Part shown: positions 1-6,993 of the stretch, piece after piece | How positions within the stretch are numbered: position 1 is the stretch's first letter | Layout of the letters: each line of letters starts with the position of its first letter | The notes under the pieces: model-generated | Database searches by the model: none | Seen by the model: only the letters and a program-made list of their open reading frames with translations | Told to the model about the DNA's origin: nothing | Source: a virus | Taxonomy: Duplodnaviria > Caudoviricetes | Direction: 5' to 3' (one strand) | IMG/VR virus record: IMGVR_UViG_3300044641_002508 | Location: 1 to 39,819 of that record | DNA length: 39,819 bases | Position numbers and translations under genes: made by a program

Positions 1-733
1 CAATAGTCAGCCATCTGTTCGGAAGGATCTGCGCGGGACAGCACCGCCGGGACTCGCTGGGAAAAAGATTACAAACGTTGGGATGGCGTTTGGTTTCCAG
101 ACAGGATTTACCGGAGCAACCGCTGGAGACTCGTTCTGGATTGACAAGATTTCGTTTAACTTTACCCCGACAAGGCAGGGCAGGGTTAAGCGGTAATGGC
201 CCTTGACGAAAGCAACATCGAAGCCACACGGATCGCGCTAAGCGGCGCTGGCCCAATCCCGAACGCCGTCCTCTACAACAATGCTAAAGACCTAGCCGCC
301 GCAATGAAAGCGGCAGGCGTCACGTTTGGTGGAACATCCGACCCGCTCCCCATCGGCTCCGTCGTCGCTTACTCTGGAGCGACAATCCCCACGGGCTATC
401 TAGACGCTGATGGTTCTAGCCAACTCCGAGCATCCTACCCTGACCTCTTTACGGCTATTGGGACGACGTACGGGCCGGGTGCGGTTCCGGGGACGACGTT
501 CGCGCTTCCAAACTTTGTTGGAACCTATACGAACTTCATCATTAAGGCGACGGCTGCGGCTGCTAGTACGACAGTGGTTAGTGAGACGCTCATTGCGGTG
601 CCTCTAGGCTCGCTCCAGTTGTATGCGGGTAGTGTGTATCCGACTGGTTGGCTACGCGCTGACGGGGCTGCTATTGGCCGCGCAACGTACGCAGGCTTGT
701 TCGCGATTATCGGAACAACGTACGGCGCTGGAG
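1..733. repeat. Terminal direct repeat, copy A (pairs with 39087-39819)
   Basis: Gap-free manual alignment with 39087-39819. 1-122 and 607-733 are identical, with about 43 substitutions (hand count) in between. Confidence 0.97.
2..196 (+). CDS. 3' fragment of tail nozzle/stabilisation gene (duplicate of end of 37195-39282)
   Basis: Same sequence as 39088-39282; TAA overlaps the ATG at 196. Confidence 0.85.
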   Translation, partial: NSQPSVRKDLRGTAPPGLAGKKITNVGMAFGFQTGFTGATAGDSFWIDKISFNFTPTRQGRVKR

Positions 734-1578
734 ATGGCAGCACCACGTTTAACCTTCCTAACCTTGTATCTAGCGGCACTGGAAGCCCTGTCTACATCAT
801 CAAGGTTACGCTTAGTGGTAGTGTTGAGCCGTCTACGGTTGCTCATGCTTCGTCGCATATCCGTGCCGGAACGGATGTAATTGACGGGGATCAGGTGCAG
901 ATTGATTATGTGCCGTCTGCGTATACGCGGAATGCGGCTGCGCCCGGTGCTGGTGCTGTCACGGATCTTACTGCTCATCTTGCGGGAATTGACGCTGACA
1001 AATTGCGCGTAGGCGCTACCGCTGGCGGGGATCTTACGGGAACGTACCCAAACCCGACGATCACGAACATCACGAACGCGCCAATCCATAACAGTAACAC
1101 AAGCCTTAGTTTGCGCACGAGCAGCATTGAACAGATAAGCATTGACAATCAGGGCCGCGTAACGCTTCCAAATCAACCTAGATTTTTTGCGCTGCTAGGA
1201 AGTACTTTGCCAGCAACAGGAACCATAACGAAAATAATCTTTGGTTCAACTTATGTAAATAATCAGTACGGGGCTAGCCCTTACTCAACCAGTACGGGCA
1301 ATTTTGTTGCTTCAAGAACCGGTACATACTATTTTACTTGTAATTTCCAAAAACGGTTTGCTGGTAACTTGTCGGTTTATTGGTACATAAATGGTGTAAG
1401 TATTGGTCGGGGAATTTATACGGATGTTGGCGGAGATAGCCCTAGGCCGACAATGACTTTGATGAGAAACCTTAACGTCAACGATCAAGTTTCCGTTCAC
1501 TACACTCTGAGTGCTGGGGATATTTATGGAACTTCGAGCGAGCCGCTTTCATATTTTGCTGGCTGGTTGATGGGGTGA
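196..1578 (+). CDS. Tail fibre protein with two tail-collar domains and C-terminal C1q-like head
   Basis: Two collar motifs (PIGSVVAYSG..PTGYL.ADG..RASYPDLF.AIGTTYG..TTFALPN; PTGWLRADG..RATYAGLFAIIGTTYGAGDGSTTFNLPNL). C-terminal F.A..TGTYYF...LNVNDQVSV...SYFAGWL is typical of the C1q/TNF-like fold. Confidence 0.85.
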   Translation: MALDESNIEATRIALSGAGPIPNAVLYNNAKDLAAAMKAAGVTFGGTSDPLPIGSVVAYSGATIPTGYLDADGSSQLRASYPDLFTAIGTTYGPGAVPGTTFALPNFVGTYTNFIIKATAAAASTTVVSETLIAVPLGSLQLYAGSVYPTGWLRADGAAIGRATYAGLFAIIGTTYGAGDGSTTFNLPNLVSSGTGSPVYIIKVTLSGSVEPSTVAHASSHIRAGTDVIDGDQVQIDYVPSAYTRNAAAPGAGAVTDLTAHLAGIDADKLRVGATAGGDLTGTYPNPTITNITNAPIHNSNTSLSLRTSSIEQISIDNQGRVTLPNQPRFFALLGSTLPATGTITKIIFGSTYVNNQYGASPYSTSTGNFVASRTGTYYFTCNFQKRFAGNLSVYWYINGVSIGRGIYTDVGGDSPRPTMTLMRNLNVNDQVSVHYTLSAGDIYGTSSEPLSYFAGWLMG

Positions 1579-1582
1579 TGGT

Positions 1583-2314
1583 ATGACTATTTTTGGTAGT
1601 GGACATCAAGTAGTAACAAGCACCACACGACCCGCAAGCCCGCTTGTTGGCCAAGTCATATTTGAAACGGACACGCTTTCGTACCGTTGGTACAACGGAA
1701 CCGCATGGGAAGGCGTTACGCCTGTCGGAACTATCCAGCCGTTTGCGGCGGCGACTGCTCCAAGCGGTTGGGAGTTTTGCAATGGTGCTGCGCTAAACAG
1801 TGTCGCTAACCCAAAGTACGCAGATTTGTTTGCCGCAATTGGCGTGACATACGGTGGTAGTGGCGCTTCTAGTTTTAATGTTCCGAACCTTGCTGGTCGT
1901 ACCACAGTTGGCGCTGGCACTGGATCGCAGCAGGGAGTTGCTGGGTCGGGTGTTATTACTGGTGGTACGGCATTAACGGCGCGTACACGGGGCCAGTTCT
2001 TTGGCGACGAGCGTACGCAAACTCATACTCACTCTGGTACAACTGCAGACGAAACGCAAGACCACATTCACGGCTTTAACCCGCGTTCTGCCGGTGGTTG
2101 GAATAGTGGCGCTACGCAGTTGATTATCAACGCTGGCTCACAGTACTGGGGACTCCGCAGTACTGCCAATAATGGCGACGGTGGTACCACTGGCCCTACG
2201 TACGGAAGAAGCGCAAGTCATAACCATACCTATACGACAACATCTGCAAGCGTCGCCGGTACGCAACAGAATCTGCAGCCAAGTGTTGTCACTAACTACA
2301 TCATTAAGATTTAG
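1583..2314 (+). CDS. Tail-collar domain fibre protein
   Basis: PVGTIQPFAA..PSGWEFCNG..KYADLFAAIG.TYGG.GASSFNVPNLAGR collar motif; HTH/HIH/HNH metal-binding repeats; C-terminal NLQPSVVTNYIIKI. Confidence 0.88.
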   Translation: MTIFGSGHQVVTSTTRPASPLVGQVIFETDTLSYRWYNGTAWEGVTPVGTIQPFAAATAPSGWEFCNGAALNSVANPKYADLFAAIGVTYGGSGASSFNVPNLAGRTTVGAGTGSQQGVAGSGVITGGTALTARTRGQFFGDERTQTHTHSGTTADETQDHIHGFNPRSAGGWNSGATQLIINAGSQYWGLRSTANNGDGGTTGPTYGRSASHNHTYTTTSASVAGTQQNLQPSVVTNYIIKI

Positions 2315-2321
2315 GATAAAC

Positions 2322-2648
2322 ATGCCACATCAAATTATTCAAAGAACTTTTGAGATTCCAGATGCTTTGCATTCCCTTTGCCCTGACGCCGACTGGAAAT
2401 CCCCGGATTCGACGTGGGAGTCCTTGGAGTGGTTGTCGGATAATATTCCAAAGCCTACACTTAATGAGGTTTTGGCTGAGGTTGACCGGCTTCAGGAAGA
2501 GTGGGACACGACAGAATATCGTCGCTGGCGGGATATCAATTATCCTTCTGTTGGCGATCAGTTGGATGACCTGTACCGCGCTGGGATGTTTTCTGCTGAG
2601 ATGAGTGCGATTATCAAGGCCGTTAAAGACAAGTTTCCAAAGGAGTAG
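2322..2648 (+). CDS. Tail fibre assembly chaperone-like protein
   Basis: ATG 2322 follows AGGA. YRRWRDINYPSVGDQLDDLY..IKAVKDKFPK motif is common downstream of phage fibres; paralog of 3311-3625. Confidence 0.7.
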   Translation: MPHQIIQRTFEIPDALHSLCPDADWKSPDSTWESLEWLSDNIPKPTLNEVLAEVDRLQEEWDTTEYRRWRDINYPSVGDQLDDLYRAGMFSAEMSAIIKAVKDKFPKE

Positions 2649-2651
2649 CGG

Positions 2652-3311
2652 ATGTCTCCAGCATTTACCGGCCTAGGCGCAACAGTGGGAACCTCTGCGG
2701 AGCGTGTTGCTCTTGTTTCGCCACAGATGGGTCAACTCTTTTTTGAGACTGATACTACGTTGTTTAAGGCGTGGAATGGTTCTTCTTGGATCACTACGCT
2801 AATTGGACTAACGGCTGGTGGTGATCTTACTGGAACCTATCCGAACCCTACCGTTGCAACTGTCCCTAAAACTGCTTTGCCCTCTGGGGCAGTTCTTCAG
2901 ATGCAGCATTTTTCAACATCAACGCAGGTATTTGTTACAAATACGGCTGTGCCGCAAGTAGTTTCTATTGGCCTTTCTGGTTCTATTACTCCAATTTCAA
3001 CTTCAAGCAGAATTGTTGTTCAATTGTCTATTCAGATTCGTACTATTGGAAGCGGAAGCGGCGGCGGTATCCGTGTTTTGAGGAACGGAAGTGTCGCGGT
3101 TGCTACTCCAGATGGCAATAACTATGGCCTTGGGTATACGAATGCTGCGCAAACTCCCTCTGGCCGCTACTCGTGGTCTGGCGTTGACTCTCCGAATACT
3201 ACTTCTGCGACAACCTACGCCGTTTTTGGGAGTTCGTATAATACGAATGGTATTGACTTTCAGGATGATGGATCTTATGCATCCACAATGCTTTTGTGGG
3301 AGATTCGGTAA
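2652..3311 (+). CDS. Short tail fibre / receptor-binding protein
   Basis: N-terminal GQLFFETDT..WNGSSW shared with the 1583 protein; TAGGDLTGTYPNPT shared with the 196 protein; G.VLQ..SITP.S.SSRI..DSPNTTSATTY..EI head motif. Confidence 0.75.
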   Translation: MSPAFTGLGATVGTSAERVALVSPQMGQLFFETDTTLFKAWNGSSWITTLIGLTAGGDLTGTYPNPTVATVPKTALPSGAVLQMQHFSTSTQVFVTNTAVPQVVSIGLSGSITPISTSSRIVVQLSIQIRTIGSGSGGGIRVLRNGSVAVATPDGNNYGLGYTNAAQTPSGRYSWSGVDSPNTTSATTYAVFGSSYNTNGIDFQDDGSYASTMLLWEIR

Positions 3312-3625
3312 TGGCAGCAAAAGTAAAAGACGCAATTTTGAGTCTTCGCCCCGGCGCTCAGTGGGCTGTTTATGATAACGATTATTCGACACTTATCTGG
3401 TATGGGGACGACGATCCGCCGGAACTGAGTGTAGTCCAAGCAGAAATTTTGCGCCTTGATGCTGAGGCATTGGCTGGCGCTTATCGCGACAAGCGCGCCA
3501 ATAAGTATCCTTCAATTGGCGATCAGTTGGACGCGCTGTATCACGCTGGCGTGTTCCCTGCTGATATGGCCGCTCAAATCAAAGCCGTAAAAGACTCTTA
3601 TCCTAAGCCGGATATATCCGCGTAG
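3311..3625 (+). CDS. Tail fibre assembly chaperone-like protein
   Basis: TAATG-coupled start; AILSLRPGAQW and YPSIGDQLDALYHAGVFP..IKAVKD.YPK. Confidence 0.72.
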   Translation: MAAKVKDAILSLRPGAQWAVYDNDYSTLIWYGDDDPPELSVVQAEILRLDAEALAGAYRDKRANKYPSIGDQLDALYHAGVFPADMAAQIKAVKDSYPKPDISA

Positions 3626-3644
3626 CGTCTGATACTCTATAACT
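3625..3644 (+). promoter_or_regulatory. Putative leaderless late promoter (GCGTCTGA-TACTCT, 6 nt before ATG)
   Basis: Extended -10 TGn-TANNNT, no SD; GCGTCTGATA recurs exactly at 30043-30052. Confidence 0.55.
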
Positions 3645-3989
3645 ATGTATTTGTACGACGCTCAGCGCACAAACTTTCAGACTGCAATGCCGCGCCTCGC
3701 CACGAAGCCGGGTCAGCAGCGCCAGTTGATGCCGCGTAGTATGAATCGTGGCAAGGCTGCGATGCCGCAGCCCGCTATGCCGATGCCTGCTGGCGCTTCT
3801 AAGGGGCAGCGTCCTGCTCCTGTTTCGATGGGGACGGGTAATGTTGGTGGTGCTCCGATGCTTGCGAAGAAGCCGATGCCTGCTGATGGTGAGATGAGCA
3901 TTATGCCGGTGAAGAAGGGGCTTAGCGGGCCGATGAAGTCTGCTGATATGATTAAGAAGATGGCTGCTTTCAAGCCTACAGGAGCGTAA
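3645..3989 (+). CDS. Basic Met/Pro/Lys-rich hypothetical (probable internal virion protein)
   Basis: Low-complexity basic ORF at the head of the ejection-gene block. Confidence 0.6.
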   Translation: MYLYDAQRTNFQTAMPRLATKPGQQRQLMPRSMNRGKAAMPQPAMPMPAGASKGQRPAPVSMGTGNVGGAPMLAKKPMPADGEMSIMPVKKGLSGPMKSADMIKKMAAFKPTGA

Positions 3990-3992
3990 GAG

Positions 3993-4724
3993 ATGGCTGG
4001 TTTTGCGACAGGTCGACCTAAGCCTACGGGTGTTCCCGCTGGGATGAATCAGAGCGGAATTTTTGCTGGGGGCCCCGGCAGTTCTGGTTCTGGCAAGTCT
4101 AAGTCTGAGGCTGAGAAGGCTGCTGGGACGACGGGTTACAATACTCGTGGTGCTCAGGCTGGTCGTACTGCTGGTGGTGCGGCTAAGACGGGTGTTACTG
4201 GTTCTGGTAATCCTACTTCGCAGTGGGTTGGCACTGGTAAGGATCGACGTTACGTTCAAATTCCCAAAGCCAATACTGGTAGTGGCGGAGTTGCTCCGCC
4301 GTCTTATAGGGAGCAGAAGCGCCGTGAGGCTCGTGATGGTGTTAATGCTGGCACGAGTCGTAATGCTCCGACCCGGGTGAATCGTTCTACTGCGACTCAG
4401 GATCAGGGCGCTAGCCGTGGTACTCCTGAGCGCGAGCAGGAGAATAATCCCCCGAAGCAGGACGATGCTGCTAAGCAGAATGATGCGCCGAAGCAGGAGA
4501 CTTCGTCGAAGGTGAGTACTTCGACTTCGTCTGGTTCCTCTTCGTCCTCGTCTAGTGATAAGCCGAAGAAGTCTGCTCCTGCTGTTCCGGGAACGCTTAA
4601 TTATTTCATGAAGATGACGATGAAGGATGGGAAGAAAAATGCTCGCAATCGTGCTTATCAGATGTTTAAGAACTATAAGAAGTCTGGTAAGTTGCCGAGC
4701 GATATGGGTTCGGCCACGCAGTAG
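3993..4724 (+). CDS. Basic disordered hypothetical (probable internal virion protein)
   Basis: 243-aa G/S/K-rich ORF, tightly packed with its neighbours. Confidence 0.65.
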   Translation: MAGFATGRPKPTGVPAGMNQSGIFAGGPGSSGSGKSKSEAEKAAGTTGYNTRGAQAGRTAGGAAKTGVTGSGNPTSQWVGTGKDRRYVQIPKANTGSGGVAPPSYREQKRREARDGVNAGTSRNAPTRVNRSTATQDQGASRGTPEREQENNPPKQDDAAKQNDAPKQETSSKVSTSTSSGSSSSSSSDKPKKSAPAVPGTLNYFMKMTMKDGKKNARNRAYQMFKNYKKSGKLPSDMGSATQ

Positions 4725-5950
4725 TGGCGACTCGTCCTGCCCCTGCTAAATCGGGCAATAGGCCGCCCGCTCCTCCTCCGGCTCCTAAGCCTCCGACCCC
4801 TAGGCCCCCGGCTCCGAAGCCTGCTGCTACTCCTAGGCCCCCGGCTGCTCCTGCCGCTAAGCCGCCGCGTACTACTCCTGTAAGGAATGCTGGCGGACAG
4901 CCGATTAGCCGTCAGGGTAATGCTCCTGCTGCTAAGCCGCCGAAGCCAACTAGCAATCCGGGGCCGGGCCGGTCGTGGGTGTTTAAGAATGGTAGTTGGG
5001 TTGCAGAGCGTAAGACTGTTGCTGCAAATGTGAGCGCTCCGGCTGGGGCTACTGGTGGCAGCACGCAGACGGGTAATAACGGTAGCGTTGTTCTCGGTGC
5101 CCCCGCTTCTGATGCTGATACTGGTGTCGATACTGGTGACGCCGGTGTCGGTGCTGCTGTTGAACCGCCAGTAACGTCTAAAACTCCTGAGCAGATTGCT
5201 GCAGATGTGGCAAAGTCTGCACAGTCTTCTGTTGCGATGAGGGATCCGGCTCTTGCTGGCAGGTACACGAGCGAAACTACTGGTCTTGGTGGCCTTGGAA
5301 TTAAGTACACGAAGGCTGGGGGTGGGACGGCGACCTACGAAGATATCTTTGGTTCTCTCGCTCCGGGGTCTAGTGTTGACCGTAGCAAGTTTGAAGTGCG
5401 TGATGCTCTTGGACGCGTGGTCAATACGGATCTTCTTGGCAGTGATGTTTATGGTGGTGCTGCTGCTACTGATATTGCTGGCACTGCGCTTGGTAATGAG
5501 ATCCTTGGTGCTCGTCGTGCTGCTGCTAGTGAGGCTGAGGGGCGCTCGTCTAGTGGTGTTTCTGGTGGTGGTTTGCGGAATGCTGCGGGTGAGGTGCAGG
5601 GGCAGCGTGAGGGTGCGGCTATTACTGGCTTGCTTGGCAAGTTGTATGGCATTGAGGGTGACATTGCGAATGAGCGTACTAAGACGTATCAGGATGCTCT
5701 TGAGACTGCTGCTGGTGGGGATATTGGTCGCTGGGCTCCGGAGCCTAGTGCTCCTGCTGGCGGTTCGACTCCGCCCCCTGCGAAGCCCAAGCCTAAGCCG
5801 GTTAAGCCTAAGCCGGTTAAGCCTAATGTTCCTAAGGCTCCGGGTGGTTCTCCTAAGACGAAGCCGCCTAAGCCTGCTGGTAATCCGGGGCCGGGCCGCA
5901 AGTGGGTCTATAATGCAAAAAGTAATTCTTGGCAGGCGGCGCGCAGATGA
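4724..5950 (+). CDS. Putative ejection/internal virion protein with Pro-Lys-rich termini
   Basis: GTG start overlaps the upstream TAG; A/G-rich helical core (ARRAAASEAEGRSSSGVSGGG); duplicated NPGPGR.W..W motif. Confidence 0.65.
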   Translation: MATRPAPAKSGNRPPAPPPAPKPPTPRPPAPKPAATPRPPAAPAAKPPRTTPVRNAGGQPISRQGNAPAAKPPKPTSNPGPGRSWVFKNGSWVAERKTVAANVSAPAGATGGSTQTGNNGSVVLGAPASDADTGVDTGDAGVGAAVEPPVTSKTPEQIAADVAKSAQSSVAMRDPALAGRYTSETTGLGGLGIKYTKAGGGTATYEDIFGSLAPGSSVDRSKFEVRDALGRVVNTDLLGSDVYGGAAATDIAGTALGNEILGARRAAASEAEGRSSSGVSGGGLRNAAGEVQGQREGAAITGLLGKLYGIEGDIANERTKTYQDALETAAGGDIGRWAPEPSAPAGGSTPPPAKPKPKPVKPKPVKPNVPKAPGGSPKTKPPKPAGNPGPGRKWVYNAKSNSWQAARR

Positions 5951-5976
5951 TCACTGACATTCAGAAGAAGAAGTAA
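5947..5976 (+). CDS. 9-aa bridging mini-ORF (MITDIQKKK)
   Basis: ATGA overlap with the upstream stop and TAATG overlap with the downstream start. Confidence 0.45.
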   Translation: MITDIQKKK

Positions 5977-6992
5977 TGGCGAAGCCTAAGAAAACAATTC
6001 CCGGCCCGTACGATACGCCGTTTATGAACAGGCGTCAGCGTGAGCAGAAGGCTCAGCAGACAGCGCGAGATGCGGTTGAGAGCGTTGCGCAGATTGATGC
6101 TCGTCGTCAGCGTGAGGAACTTGCCGCTCAGGGAATTACGCAGTCGTTTCAGGATATGCTGCGCGAGCAGGCTAATGCCCAGACTAATCGTCTTGCTGCT
6201 ATTCAGGCTTCTGCTGGCCAGAATGTTGGTGCTGGTACGCTGGCTTCTTCGATTGCTGGCACTACGCAGGCCGCTGATCTTGCGCCGCGTCTTGCTGCTG
6301 GTCGTGGTACGGAGATTGTCGCTGATGTTAATGCTCGTGCTTCGCAGGCGCGTAAGGAGCGGGCGCAGGATTTTCGTAAGTATCTGACGCAGGCTCGTGC
6401 TGATGTGGAGGCTGGTGAGCGCGAGAAGCAGGCTGCGCGGATTGAGTCTGCTGCTACTGCTAAGGCTTATGATCTGAAGTTGAAGGATTATGAGCGCAGT
6501 AATTACGAGTCTGATCGTAATTATGATCTTGCTGTGGCTAAGTACGAGTCGCAGTTGGCTAAGGCTGACACTGGCAAGATTGATGATCTGATCCCGACGT
6601 TCTCTACTATGGCTAAGGAACTTGCTTCGAAGAAGGGCACTGGCGGTTATGAGGGAACTGTCACTTATACCGATTCCATTGATGGTAAGCAGAAGAAGAT
6701 TGATGTGAAGGGCGTTGACTTTAAGCCTGCTGGTAAGTCTCAGGCGCAGCGTGATGCTTTTTGGAAGAGTTACATTGAGAAGAAAACTGGTGCCAAGATC
6801 TCTGGTATTCCTGTGCGTACTGTTGAGCGTGGCTCTACAAAGACTCCTCCGCTTGATATTGCGAAGGCAATGTTTGATTCTGCTGGAACGCTTGGATCGT
6901 TCAGTACGGCTGAGATTTATCAGGCAATTATGCGAACGCCCTTTGGCATGATGAATGCCGCTGCGGTGCGAGAGGCGTATCAGGGGATGTAA
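5976..6992 (+). CDS. Putative ejection/DNA-transfer protein (helical)
   Basis: Ala/Gln/Arg-rich coiled-coil character; lies just before the large ejection gene, as in podoviruses. Confidence 0.6.
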   Translation: MAKPKKTIPGPYDTPFMNRRQREQKAQQTARDAVESVAQIDARRQREELAAQGITQSFQDMLREQANAQTNRLAAIQASAGQNVGAGTLASSIAGTTQAADLAPRLAAGRGTEIVADVNARASQARKERAQDFRKYLTQARADVEAGEREKQAARIESAATAKAYDLKLKDYERSNYESDRNYDLAVAKYESQLAKADTGKIDDLIPTFSTMAKELASKKGTGGYEGTVTYTDSIDGKQKKIDVKGVDFKPAGKSQAQRDAFWKSYIEKKTGAKISGIPVRTVERGSTKTPPLDIAKAMFDSAGTLGSFSTAEIYQAIMRTPFGMMNAAAVREAYQGM

Positions 6993-6993
6993 C

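Noticed and set aside
196-3311. Diversity-generating retroelement target
   Set aside because: No reverse transcriptase and no adenine-specific template/variable repeat pair; the terminal allele differences are synonymous and not A-specific.
6955-6993. ORF-track start of the 2186-aa protein, and the extended starts of the early cassette genes
   Set aside because: The extensions overlap the previous gene or run through promoter repeats; downstream starts fit the RBS or coupling better.
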